A stretch of 63,156 bases of DNA, counting the filler, from Reticulomyxa filosa (lineage: Eukaryota; Protista; Foraminifera): NCBI GenBank assembly GCA_000512085.1. It is 18 parts of 18 records of this genome, joined end to end, with 100 filler letters (N's around TTAATTAATTAA, not from the genome) between each part and the next. Parts side by side here need not be neighbours in the genome. Positions count along the whole stretch, not along the records: positions 49,544 to 54,531 come from ASPP01014734.1; positions 54,632 to 58,861 come from ASPP01024921.1; positions 58,962 to 59,961 come from ASPP01036721.1; positions 60,062 to 63,156 come from ASPP01024170.1; 14 more parts are not named here. One strand, written 5' to 3'. The notes under the pieces are model-generated. The model did no database searches, was not told where the DNA came from, and saw only the letters and a program-made list of their open reading frames with translations. Position numbers and translations under genes: made by a program. Of the stretch, positions 50,417 through 63,110 are shown piece by piece. Position 1 is the first letter of the stretch, and the number at the start of each line of letters is the position of its first letter.

Positions 50417-51010
50417 ATGAACTTTTTTGAAGACGACACCTTGCACAATCACTGCGACAATTCGCTGGATGGAATATATTCCAATCACACAGACCTTGCA
50501 TCGATGAGTCCAAACAATAACAATAATAATAATAATAATAATAATAACAACATGTTGAGTGATACGTGGTCTCAATGGAACACGGAGTGTGTGCATCTGG
50601 CTCCACCTGCAAACCTTTGGGAGGAAGATGTGAGTGAATCGAACAAGCTCTACAATTTCGACGACTTTTGTGGTGTCGAAAATGTGGAGGCATCTTGCTT
50701 CACTCCAATGGCTCCATGTGCCAAACTTGAGCCCAAGCAACTAGCTCCATCATCGCCTCCGCCGCCCCTTCCACCTTTACCACCTCTGCCACCTCTACCA
50801 TCATTGTCACAGCCTTTTATGCCTTCATCATCAACGCTGCTGCTAACAAACACAAATATCGACACCTCGCAAAAAGCGTTGCTCATGTTACATTCCAACG
50901 ATTTTTTCGACAGAAACACGGAGTTTCCTTTGTTTTCCGTCGGTCCTTTTGACAGTTTTAACAAAAACACATTCATATATGTATGTCCTATATATTTTTA
51001 TTGTTGTTGA

Positions 51011-51051
<41 letters not shown>

Positions 51052-52302
51052 TCAATCCTTTGTCTAAAAAAAAAAAAAAAAAGTGCAAGGAGGACATGTA
51101 TGCATGTGTGCATGTGTATATATGTATATATACATATACGTATGAAACGTTTCAGACCGACAATATAATGATCATGGACACGGCGCTTGGCATGATATGT
51201 TAATAGACGGCTTAATGCGCAACAAAAACATGTGCAATGACAAACAAAATGCATCATTGCCAAATGACATTACAAGTGTGACATCCCTTTTCATTTTTTT
51301 TTTTTTGAAGTGCAATTGAAACATACTATATACGTCTTCCGTTTTAAAAAAATAAATTCTTTTTGTTGCTCTGGATGTGGCAAAGTTGCAGAAGAGGTCG
51401 GGAACATAACAGAATCAGCTCAGAACACGTATTGCGAGACAGATGACAATAACGGCTGTGGAATAGTGAGCCGAAAAAGACGAAGATCACCGGACAAGTT
51501 AGCAGTGGACCAAACCCATACATTTGAAATCACGCCTACATTTTCTCAGAACGAATTTCAATTCAATTTTACTCCTCCGGTTCAAAGACCTCGTCATGTC
51601 AACTCCACTTCCGCTTATTGCTCGTGTTGCTCTTGCTATTCCGATTGCATCCCTTTTCGTACCGAATCATCTCTCACTTCTAATATATACCCCTGCAATA
51701 CATTGGCATCACTAGATTCGTCATTGCCTTGCGCGGAACGCACCACTTGCGATCTTGCACCTGGTGCAACAGTGCTTCCTGACGATACGGAGCCACATCT
51801 CATGCCAAAGATTGAGCCATTGATATCGCCCTCGCTCACGTCGGGTACAGATATGACCACGCCTTTTAATGATTGGCTTGATAAAAAACAATGCAATCCA
51901 AACAAAGATGCCGTCCTTACTAATTGTGTAGGGAGCCTCCCAGATCACGAAAGTTCATTCGAAACAGAAAACAGTAAAACTCACAACTGTAAAAGCAGCA
52001 CGAAAAAAGTCGCGAAAAAACAATCTAAACGTAGCGAAGTGAAGAATCAAGAGCTAAATTGTAACGCACAAGACAATACCGTCAAGGAATATCAACGGCC
52101 AGATATTCCAAAAAAAGAAAGGGAAAGATTTCGTCGGGCTGAACTAAAAGAACTTTATATTGAATTGTCAGATTTACTCCATTTGATACCCAAAAGAAAT
52201 GGGTCACAATTGCCAGAAAGAGCTCACATTATTGAAGCAGCATGCAACGAAATCAGGACATTGGAAAAAAAATTATTCCAAAAACAAAATACAATTGCAT
52301 GA
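50417..52302 (+). CDS. bHLH transcription factor (exons about 50417-50942, 51207-51275, 51392-52302)
   Basis: C-terminal KKERERFRRAELKELYIELSDLL...ERAHIIEAACNEIRTLEKKL. N-terminal polyN and Pro-rich regions; NLS-like RKRRR. Phase-1 introns are compatible. Start codon uncertain. Confidence 0.75.
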
Positions 52303-54365
52303 TTTCTATTGTGGTGTTGTCAAATGAACCAAAATATTTTCGGGTTTTCGATTGTTGTTTAAATTTCTAAACTTCTAAGTCCATTCTTTACTTTAACAAG
52401 ATTGTATAATGCAAACAACTTTTAGGAAGTAAATTATCACAACCTTGTATTCCACTCGACTGATTTACCATCAATTAAACTGAGTAAAAAAGAATACAGA
52501 TTAAAAAAGTTATCTCCATTTTGCTCGATTTGTATCTTTCATTTCATTTGTTGGCACAAGCTAAGACTTATTCATTTTGTCACGACGTCAAAAGAAAAAA
52601 GCAAGCCAGAAGAGAATTTTCACTAAGAAAGACAAAAAAAACTGGATTAAATTCATTAGCTGTGATTTGTCAACAAGTTCAAAAGAGTATAAGTTGACTT
52701 GTCAAAGACATTACACATAAAAAAATTAAAAAAATGGAACTGAACCCCTTTAACGTCCTTTAATTTAATGTGATTTTTATTTGTTTAAAAAAAAGAAAAA
52801 TGACGTTCAATACCAGTGCCAAATACAGAAATATAACCAAAACTGAAATTCTGTTGAATTTTTAAGATAAAATTAGACAACTGAAAAGACTTAAAAGGAA
52901 GTTGTTCTATTTTTTTAATTTTTTTATCTAAATCTTTTTTTGCTGTCTTCTCTAGTTTTGAAAAACAAACAGCACAAATTTGTTGATACTGACTTGACGA
53001 AAATCTGTTGAACTTCTGTAAACAGACCAAAATTTTTTTTTTAAAGTAGCAAGTAAATAATGGTACTTAACTGTTTAACTATCGTTTACTTCGCTGTTGG
53101 AGGACGTCTTACAAAGTGATATCAAACTCTACACTCGAGTAGTATTCCAGTGGTAAATATTTTAAAATATTAGTTTCACTATACGTTATACGATCTTACT
53201 GAGAGCATTTCTAGCGCATGCTGTGCATAATTGCAAACATGTTGCGTCATAATGTCATCAAGTGCAGAAAGTGTGAAGCTATTTTAAAAAATAAAAATAT
53301 GTATTATTGTATCTGAGAAGACAGTGATATTCAAATCAAAAAATAGCAGATCTTGTGACTATTGAAACTAACAGATTTTGTTGTGTTAACTATGCACATG
53401 TTGAAATTTGATAGATAGATAACTCCTTAATGAAAAAATGATTCAAAGCATTTTTCTTTCAATAAATTCATGTTGTTTATGCGACTAGCATCAACGTTTG
53501 TTGATACAGATCAAAAGACAGCAACTCGAGTGCTCGTTTCGAAATGTAAAGACGTTTGTTTATTTCACGTGAATCTTCGTAAGTTGATGCATATGACTAT
53601 TCCAATGACAAACCCAAAGTCAGTACTTAGTACGCCGAGCCTGCAATGCAACGTTTTTTGTTGCACTTTGCTTGTCCATCTATTTTTAAATAATCACTTG
53701 AATGGGACTCCGTTGCAACAAAATGTGAATTGTTATCTTCAATTGAACATAATTTTATTTTAGAAGTTTGGATAAAAAACTGCTTTCGTTAAGTTTTTTT
53801 ATTTGAAAAAATAACATTGTTCATTTTATTATATTATATTATGTGGTCAGTGTGTATAACGCTTGTCAAATCTGCAAGTGTTCACATGATGGAAAGAGAT
53901 AGTAACAATGGAGTAACAAGCAAACTGAAAAGTCACAAGAATCAAGAATCATGCATAACAAAGCACCATTACAATGACAATAGAAGATCACAAATGATAG
54001 CCTAAATATCACAATAAATCTAAAATTTAAAAAAAATAAATGTAGTGAAAAAAAAAGCAACTAACAACAGAAATGAAAAAAGTCAAGTAAGCGAAATGAA
54101 CGTAACTAAAAAAGTGCAAGAAATGAAAAGTAAAAGGAGAAACAAAGAGATCGAAACATTGCAAACGATAATAAAGCAATGAACAAACGAAAAAGTAGCT
54201 GGAATCATTGACAATACCAATAATCGACACTATAGCATCGATAATAACTCAATACTAATGTATTTTAAAAAAGCATTCAATTTAGTATATATGTAGTTCA
54301 AATATTAATCAAATAAAAATAACTTCGAGTAGGATAGTGCCAGCAACACCAAGGAAAAAACTTGA

Positions 54366-54531
54366 TACATTAGGTTGCAAAGAAAACGAACACCTAAAAC
54401 GATATCATATGATGATAATTGATTTTCTCAATGAAAAATCAACATTTAGACCTAATTTTTTTTTATTAAAAAAAAAATATACAAATATTGTAGTTTTTAA
54501 ATATGAAATTAGTTTTTTAATAACTTTTTTT
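54366..54531. mobile_element. Tc1/mariner-like terminal repeat end
   Basis: TA-CATTAGGTTGCAAAGAAAACGAACACC, an inverted copy of 3030-3187. Confidence 0.7.
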
Positions 54532-54633
54532 NNNNNNNNNNNNNNNNNNNNNNNNNNNNNNNNNNNNNNNNNNNNTTAATTAATTAANNNNNNNNNNNNN
54601 NNNNNNNNNNNNNNNNNNNNNNNNNNNNNNNAT

Positions 54634-57600
54634 GAACATATTCGAGCATGGAAACCTAATAATCAATTAGAAGAGAAATTAAAACAAGTAAGTGACGAAA
54701 CACTGATTAAAATCAATGATATAATTTGTGAATGGACTGATACAAAGGAAATTAATAAAATTGCAAATCGTTATGAGCCACATTCGAAAATTCGAATATT
54801 GAAACCTCCACAATTAAAAGGAATAAATAAAGAGGAAATCAATTCCAAAAATGATATCTCATTAAAATTGGCTAATTTTGTATATGATCAACTTTGTAAA
54901 TTCAATCCGAAGAAAGAAAAAGGAAAAGCAATTTATGTAACTATATTTGAGTTTTTCAAAAAGTACGTTATCGGTGAAATGAATCCAGCAAGTTGTGCTG
55001 ATGTTGCATACATGCTTAAGGAAGCAAGAAAACAAGAATTAGAAGAAGATATAACAGCATCATTAGCACTGGAAACATATATCCCCTTACAAGCAAATAA
55101 TTATCCATATACTGATAACAATGATAACAAAAACAATAATGCATATGATTGTCATCAATATGTACTTGATCTGTTGGAAGAAAAAGAAGAGAAACAAAGT
55201 GCATCACAAAGACAGCAAGTAGTAGTATTGCAAGGAAAATCAGGATCAGGAAAAAGTTTATTTTGCCGTCATTTAGAAGAGAATTTATGGGAATCATATG
55301 TAAATGGTTCCACAGTATCCGTTCCAGTTTATATTTCATTACCAAAATGTTATCATGAATTAAATGAAAAACAAATAATTTCCCAAGCTTTACAAACTAA
55401 AAAAATCAGCAAAGAAATAATTGATACTGTACGTGAAAATGTCTCATTTGTATTTATTTTGGATGGATTTGATGAAATATTTGATAAATATAATAAAAAT
55501 ATTAATGAAAGATATTTTTATGATTGTTTCAATTTAAGTGAATGGAATGCAAAAATTATAGTGACTTGTCGAAGTCATGTGTTAGATGATGAAGATATAA
55601 AGCATGTTCTAATTGGTCCAAATAATACAATAACATCAATGGTGCATTTGTGGCCCTTTTCAAAAGTACAGATGTATGGCTACATTGACAAATTTGTGAA
55701 AATGAATAAAAAAAATAAGCTGAATGAACACTTGGATTGGACGATACGACAATATGAAGAAATACTAAACAATTACCCAAATTTGCATAAGATGATGGAA
55801 GAACCATTTTTACTTCGCATGATATTAACTGTATTACCGTCATTGATGAAACAACATTCAATTGGAACTAAAATATCAAAAGCACAAGTATATGAAGCAT
55901 TCAATGAACAATGGATTGATATCCATGGGGAAAATATTGCAAATAAATTATCAGAATTGAGAATTCAAACGAATTTGCAAAAAATTAAATCATCATTTCG
56001 ACAATATTGTCAGGACTTGGGATTTGAAATGTTTATTCAAGGAAATCAAGTCGCAACTGAAAATAGTGATATAAGATATGACGATGACGAAATCTTGAGT
56101 AAATTGGATCCAATAATGGAAATGGCAAGTAAACATGTGGATGAAAAATTAGACATACAAACAACGGATGAAACTTCTGACACTTCAGCTGAAAAAAAAA
56201 AGCAGAGATTTTGGAAAAAATACTTTAATAATAGTAATGTAACTAAAGACGTACCAAAAAGAAATGAAAATGATAAAAATCAAATTATAAAAGAAACCAC
56301 GGAAACAAAAATAAATGAAATTACTTCTATTGAAAATAAACAAGATATTTGGGAAAAGTATTTCAGTGGTGACAGTATTGCCAAATATGTATTGAGAAAA
56401 GTAAGTCATAATAAATACCAATTTTTACATAAATCCTGTCAAGAATATTATGCAGCACAAAAAATCATATTTGATATCATTTCATGGAAACCTAGTATTG
56501 TTGGTGATATAAATAATCAACAATTTCAACAACAGTTTGAAATAAATGTTCCAAAATTATTTATTAATTGTAAATTATTAAATGAAGAATTGGGAGTTAT
56601 TCAATTTATTGCAGAGAGAATTTATGATACAAATCCAATATTTACAAATCTGAAATCAAGGTTATTTCGAATTATTGAAGCATCAAAGAATAATGAAAAT
56701 GTTTGTATTGCAGCAGCAAATGCAATCACAGTACTCAATTCAGCAAATGTGAATATGCACAATCGAGAATGGAGCAACATCAAAATTCCACATGCAATTT
56801 TGGATCATGCTTTCCTTGAAGGAACCAACTTTAGCAATGCCAATTTGAATAATGTTAGTTTTTATCAAACTTGTCTAAACAAAACTGATTTCACAAACGC
56901 ATCAATGAATGGTATTTATTTTGGAGAATATGCTTATTTGCAAGGACATTCATCTACTGTAACATGTGTTCAATTTTCTCCTGATGGATCTAAAATTGTG
57001 TCATGTTCACGCGATAAAACGATTCGAGTATGGGATACAATGTCAGGAAAACAACTTCAATTATCAGAAGGACATTCAAGTTTTATAAATTCGGTACAAT
57101 TTTCATCTGATGGTTCTAAATTTGTGACTTGTTCTGCAGATAAAACAATTCGATTATGGGATATATTATCAGGCCAGCAAATACAAATATACGAAGGACA
57201 CACACATTTTGTAAATGCAATATATTTTTCACCTGATGGCTCAAAAATTATTTCGTGCGCATGGGACAACACAATTCGAATATGGGACGTATTTCTGGAA
57301 AACAAATTTATGTATTAAATGGACATTTGGATAGCGTCATTGGAATACTATTTTCACCAGATGGCTCCAAGATTATTTCATATTCAAATGATAAAACAAT
57401 TCGTGTATGGGATGTGTTATCCGGAAAGCAGCTCCAAGTATTGGAAGGACACTCAAAGGATGTACTTGGAGTACAATTTGCATCAAATAGATCACAAATT
57501 TTATCATGTTCAGAAGATAAAACTATTCGAGTCTGGGATTTATCTTCAGGACAACAAGTTCAAGTATTGGAAGGACATACTTCCGGTATAAATGGAATTC

Positions 57601-58187
57601 AATTATCGGCAGATGGTTCAACACTCTTGTCATATTCATGGGATAACACTCTTCGAATATGGAATTTATTATCTGGAAAACAAATCCAAGTGTTGGAAGG
57701 ACATTCAGATAATATAAAGACAGCAAAGCTTTCACCTGATTGTTCTAGGGTTATTTCTGGCTCAGTTGATAAAACAGTTCGTATTTGGGATGTGTCATCT
57801 GGAAAACAGCTTCAAGTATTGGAAGGGCATGCAGATACTGTAAACGGAGTAGAATTTTTTCCAAAGGATCCCAAAATTTTATCATATTCAGAAGATGGAA
57901 CTATTCGTATATGGGACATAGGCATCGAAAGAAAAATTCGATTAACAGAAGGACATTTTGATAGTATAGCAGATGCACAATTTTCGCCAGATAATTCTAA
58001 AATTGTGTCATGTTCATTGGATAAGACTATTCGATTGTGGGATATACAATCAAAAAGACAAATACATATATTTGAAGGACACACGAATTATGTTCGTGGT
58101 GTAATATTTTCAGGAGACGGTTTGAACGTTATATCTTATTCAGATGATAAAACAATTCGAATATGGGATGTATTATCTGGAAAATAG
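54634..58187 (+). CDS. NACHT NTPase - pentapeptide repeat - WD40 protein (NLR-like); 5'-truncated, one frameshift, probably prematurely stopped
   Basis: Walker A GKSGSGKS, Walker B FILDGFDE, VTCR, PFLL, FLHKSCQEY, AAANAITVL, pentapeptides (AFLEG TNFSN ANLNN), then 10 WD40 repeats. A 1-nt deletion at about 57293 splits the two ORFs. Confidence 0.9.
56941..58184 (+). repeat. Ten tandem 126-nt WD40-coding repeats
   Basis: 42-aa periodic GH...FSPDG..I.S.S.DKTIR.WD units. Confidence 0.9.
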
Positions 58188-58199
58188 CTACGACAAGGT

Positions 58200-58530
58200 T
58201 TGTCAAGGTTTTTTGTCTTCTTCAGTTTTGAAGAATTGAAAAAAGTTATTATGAACTCAATTGCAGTAACTTCTGACAATAGATCTTTAAAGTCTTGAAA
58301 AAATTGTTTTAGATTCCAATCTGCATGATATTATTCTGATTTTTTTTCAAGAGAACGAATGAAAGATGAGCTTTTTTTGAAATTTTTGAAATATCAAATG
58401 CATTCACTTTATTTGAATGTCCTTTCTGAGTTTCCACTTTTGATTTTGTTTCAACATTTCTTTAATCATTGATTGATTTCTTTAAGGCTTTCATCCAAGT
58501 TGCATCTGTCTTCAATATAACTATGGTTTA
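58200..58530 (-). pseudogene. Possible degenerate WD40 fragment on the opposite strand, abutting the NACHT gene
   Basis: Minus-strand remnants VETQKGHSNKVNAFDIS and FKDLLSEVTAIEF, with stops between them. Confidence 0.4.
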
Positions 58531-58961
58531 CTTTCACATGTGAAAACCAAACACTTTTTTTTTAAGTACAAGTGTTGTCAAAGTAGTTTCTTACTAATTC
58601 GCGATAACAAATATTGAATTAAGGAGTATTGGAAAATTTGCCAGTACATTGTTCTTGTATCTGAGAATGTAAATAGTTAAAGCATATATTTTGAGTGAAG
58701 TATAAATGGTGATAGCAAAGAAAAAATTAAATTTCACACAAAAAAAAAAGATAAAAAAATGTGTGGGCCTAATCAATTATTGATATATATTATAATCAAG
58801 AAAAGCACATGAGTTGAAAATCAAATCGCATTTTAAATTACAAATAATTATAATAATAATANNNNNNNNNNNNNNNNNNNNNNNNNNNNNNNNNNNNNNN
58901 NNNNNTTAATTAATTAANNNNNNNNNNNNNNNNNNNNNNNNNNNNNNNNNNNNNNNNNNNN

Positions 58962-59961
58962 ATAGTGCATGATTGTTTGAACAATAATGCACTTTCAAAG
59001 GCTCATTTGATACTGTTTCACATTCAGTTGATGTAGGCAAAAATGACTCGGAATCAACCAATAGCAACTGAAATGGATTCTGTTTCATAAATGGAAGAAT
59101 TGACACAAAATGGAAACCTAATCTTGTCACAATCACGTCAAGTAAATCTTTCATGGAAAGCGTTAGACTGTCCTTCGAAGAAGCCCAATTAGTAATGGCT
59201 TGTAAAATCTTTTTATACTCATTCTTCACTTCAGCAGATAGGAAAAAATCTATAACGATACAACTCAGTCTTCGAAATTGATATATTTTCAACAAAATTA
59301 TTGAGAAAACAAAAATATTTAAAAAAACTACAAAAAAAAAACAAATTAGCTTTGGGATTGATCATTCAAGTGGTGTTCACTTGAATTGATTAAAGGAAAC
59401 AGCTGTGTAATTATTTCGTGATAAATATTGTGAGGAGAAACGGAAGATTTGTGATGCATGATGCGCTGTATATTGTTCATGTAAGTATTACCTCCATACA
59501 CTCCAATGAAAGGATTGAAAGGATTATCGTGAAACGTCCTTGCACGCAACGAACAGAATATATTGTTTATCTTTAATTTTCCAAAAAGATATTTCATGCC
59601 AACATTGGGTTGTGTGAATATGATCTCAATCCAATGAATCCCTTTCCACATATAAAGCTGTTTCAAAAACCACACATACAAAGCACGTTCATACTGTTTA
59701 TAACAACTACTGAAATCCAACAATAATTTACTCATTTCTTCCAGTGAATTAAATATACTTTGGTTTTCTGCAAGTTGTGACAGATCAATATCCTCATAAA
59801 CCATGTTGGAAATAATGTTGATAATGTCCACTTTCACTTTTGAAATTTTTACAACACAGCCAAGATTAGAGGTATCATCTTTACCACATAACTTCTTCCA
59901 ATCTTTGCTATCCTCATTTACTTTTTTCTTCAAAAGCATTAATTCCAAGCAACGATTCAAC
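58962..59961 (-). CDS. Internal fragment of a large helical protein (two exons), weak resemblance to RNF213-like proteins
   Basis: ORFs 59960-59346 and 59295-58962 are separated by a T-rich intron-like gap. The RNF213 link is only a recalled resemblance of LYVWFLKQLYMWKGIHWIE. Confidence 0.45.
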
Positions 59962-60061
59962 NNNNNNNNNNNNNNNNNNNNNNNNNNNNNNNNNNNNNNN
60001 NNNNNTTAATTAATTAANNNNNNNNNNNNNNNNNNNNNNNNNNNNNNNNNNNNNNNNNNNN

Positions 60062-60980
60062 CCTTTTTTTTTTTTTTTGTTGAAGTTTGTTTGTTCGGAT
60101 ACCATTTTAAGTTCTTCGACATTTTGGAATAGCGTGTAAAATAATCGACTTGCCCATTCGTTGGCGATATTAGATGTATTGTTCTTGTTCTGTTCTTTGC
60201 CTTCGTCAGCGTTGGACGTCATTGTCTCATTGGATCTATTTCCAAACAGTGATTGGTAAGCTGTGGAAATTTTTGGATTTGCGTTCATTGTTTCATTGCT
60301 ATGTTTATTGTTACCATTATTATTATTGTTATTGTTATTGTTATTGTTATTGTTATTGTTATTATTATGCGAGTCTGATATTTCCCCGGCACTGTCAAGA
60401 TTGCTTTCAATCCAAGCCAGTGCTAAATCAATCGACACTCCGTGAGTTGCTTGTAATGCTTGTTCTGAATATGATTCTTTTTTTTTTTTTTTTGATATTT
60501 ATGTTTATTTTGGTACCTGTCTTCCCTTAATATATGTATACATATACATACATACATATACGCACATATATATATATATATGTATATGTATATTTATGTG
60601 TGCCCATTATATGACTTTTTTTGTTTTTTACATCACTTTGGATATCCCATTTCCATCATATATCCCAACATTTCATTGTAAGGCCTCGATCCGAAATCCA
60701 AACCGAAATCCTTCGTTCGATTGACTGAACTGCCTTGATTGCTTTCTGATGATGCTTCATCCCCTTTTGCCGGTTTTTGGTCGCTTGCTTCCGATTTCCC
60801 TTTTTCTGATTCATTTCCCTTCTTTTGTGTCGAATTCGAGCTGTTTGCTTCTTCTGGTGCCTCCACTAGCAAAGTCCCTTCTGGTCCATAGCCTGCTAAT
60901 TGAAGGGTTTTTGCATAATTCGCATCATCGAAAAATTTGTTTGAGTCAAATTGCTTTTCTTCGTCTGGCATTTGGGTCAT
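60062..60980 (-). CDS. UBA-domain protein, 5' part
   Basis: Splicing 60636 to 60477 with a 1-nt A-run correction gives MMEMGYPKSYSEQALQATHGVSIDLALAWIE, the UBA pattern MG(F/Y)......AL....A..W. A polyN tract follows. Confidence 0.7.
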
Positions 60981-61268
60981 GGTTTGTAGCGCTGACGTAA
61001 ATTCAAGTTTTTTTTTTCCAAAAAAGTTCAACAATTAGCTCATTTTTGCCCTGAAAAATCAAGCATAGAGGTGAAAACCTGAGGGAACGAGTTATTTGGA
61101 TTTGAGTTTTTTTTTTTTTTTTTTTTTGCAAGTTGTAAATGTAAGCTCTGCAATTCCATTCTTTATGTAGCACGCAACTAAAGTCGACCACCCTTTTTTC
61201 TAAAAAAAATTAATAATTTTTTTTAAATATTATTGTAGCTACTCGAACCTGGACCAATTAGATCAAAT

Positions 61269-63054
61269 ATGGTGAAAGTGATAAATGCCTTGCCAGCTAA
61301 TGGCAAGTGGATATTGTTGGGCTTAGGAGGGTTTTTGGGGCTGTTGTGTTTTGTGGTGCAAGGGTATTTTTACAATAAACGCAAGAACCACACAGCAATA
61401 AAGCTGCGACGGCCAAGATTTTGTACGATTCATTTGATGAACGGATTGTTGTATTCGTGGGTAGTGATCCCATTGGTGTGCGTATTACCAGAACGGGAAG
61501 TGATATGGTATGCAGTGCGCGTGTTTTGCATATTGGTGTGGTTTTGGACATGCATAGTGCGTTATTGGGTGTTATATTTCGACCATCAATTCGCCATAGT
61601 GATGAAGATCGGGACAACGACAAGTGCATTGAAAGCAAAGAAAGGAGGACAGCGAAGAGCAATAACATGAACAATACAGATAATAGTAACGTAATGTTAA
61701 GTATGAGCAGTACGAATGAGGAAACAGCCCCACGCAAACGTCGAGCATCGAAGCGTCAATGGAGCAAAGACTATCAAAAAAATTTAAATAGTCCCAAACT
61801 TTTCATCGTCTTCGTTGCCATTTACTGTCTCTTGTCCCTACTCAGCGTCGTTCTCATCTACACTCTCACCACTCTCAGTCTGCTGTGGATCGAAGTCATC
61901 TTCGTCGGACTTGCCCTCGTTCTCGCCGTCTTGCTAGTTCTTGGCACGTGCGCCGTTTGGGCCATTTATGAAAACTGGAAAATCAGAGACGAGTTGGTTT
62001 ACACTTTCTTCGCCGCTATGAGTTAATTGTCACATTTCAACTTTTTTTTTTTTTTTTTTTAAACATTTGAACAAGGAAAGGGGGGGATTGGGTACCCCCT
62101 TTTTTTTCTTTTTTTTTTTTTTTTTGGTGTTTCGAACAATAATATATAACATATACATACATATATATATGTATATGTATATATGTATATATGTTAATAT
62201 GTATGCACCTTTTTATATGTTTGACTTGCCACTTGTCTGTGCTCTGATTACACCATATATAAAATCAACACAACACACAAACAGGTCTGCTTGTGGCTGA
62301 CGGGGTCCTCACTGGCGTGGTCGTTTTGGATCTCGAAACCATCTTTCTGCTCAAAGTGCTGTTGGACTGGAGCGTCTTTTTGGTTACTTCAGTTTCGTCC
62401 ACTTATTGGACACACAATGCATACAGTGAGAGCAGGTGGCAGAACGACTTCAAAAAAAAGGGGGGGGGTGGTGAACGTTCCATTGAAAGGAGAGAAGAGA
62501 GAGGAGAAAGAGAGAAAAAAAAAAAAAAAGAAAAATTTCCATTGAGTTTTTGATTTGCACAAATTTGTACACAAAACAAAACAAAACAAAACAAAAATGG
62601 ATTAAATTTTTATCCATTTTCACATATTCCCTTAATATCATCGTATACATATACATGTATATGTTATATTATATAATACATATACACATATATATGTACA
62701 TGTATATGTATATATGTGTGTGTATATACTTTGCTATATTGTATACGTCGAAATTAGGTGCTATGCACGTCTTGGGTCCTTCGTGTAATTCCCTTTGACA
62801 AAGCGACAAAGTTACCTTCGATGGAAGAGTTGGCGATGCTGAGCACGCAGGACAATCACCTCGGAAGCAACGGGATGACGCAAACACACGTTCCGTTGGG
62901 CTACATACTGGCCAACCAAGTGGGCTACGCCGCCTTCGTTCAGCACTGTGTCGATGAAATCAACGTGGAAAACCTCTTTTTTATCGAGCAAGTGTGTTAT
63001 TTCAAATTCACTTTTTTGTTTCGAACCGAAAAGCGATATGTGCAAAAGTCCAGT
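61269..63054 (+). CDS. 7TM-RGS-like protein (3'-truncated)
   Basis: About seven hydrophobic segments with IKLRRP, RYWVLYFD and ENWKIRDEL, then the RGS start LGYILANQVGYAAFVQHCVDEINVENLFFIEQV. Introns at about 62022-62285 and 62383-62757. A frameshift or tiny intron lies within 61599-61670. Confidence 0.8.
62145..62730. repeat. Intronic (TATATG/TACA)n microsatellites
   Basis: The same class of repeat lies in introns at about 10065-10105, 13145-13195, 28310-28335, 31228-31295, 34084-34128, 36850-36885, 51012-51140 and 60530-60600. Confidence 0.85.
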
Positions 63055-63067
63055 AAATTTGAGTTTT

Positions 63068-63110
<43 letters not shown>

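Noticed and set aside
52303-54330. Short ORFs and slightly GC-richer patches after the bHLH gene
   Set aside because: No motif, splice chain, or tRNA/snRNA signature recognised.
56941-58184. CRISPR-like repeat-spacer array
   Set aside because: The 126-nt periodicity is protein-coding WD40, there are no cas genes, and the context is eukaryotic.
30073-58187. Stop-codon reassignment or a non-standard genetic code
   Set aside because: TAA (8181), TAG (30073) and TGA (52302) all end plausible genes, and the conserved genes have no in-frame stops.
14715-59961. A physical immune gene cluster of WD40, HEAT, TRAF, Kelch and NACHT genes
   Set aside because: Each gene is on a different contig, so adjacency is an artefact of concatenation. 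Only abundance is informative.
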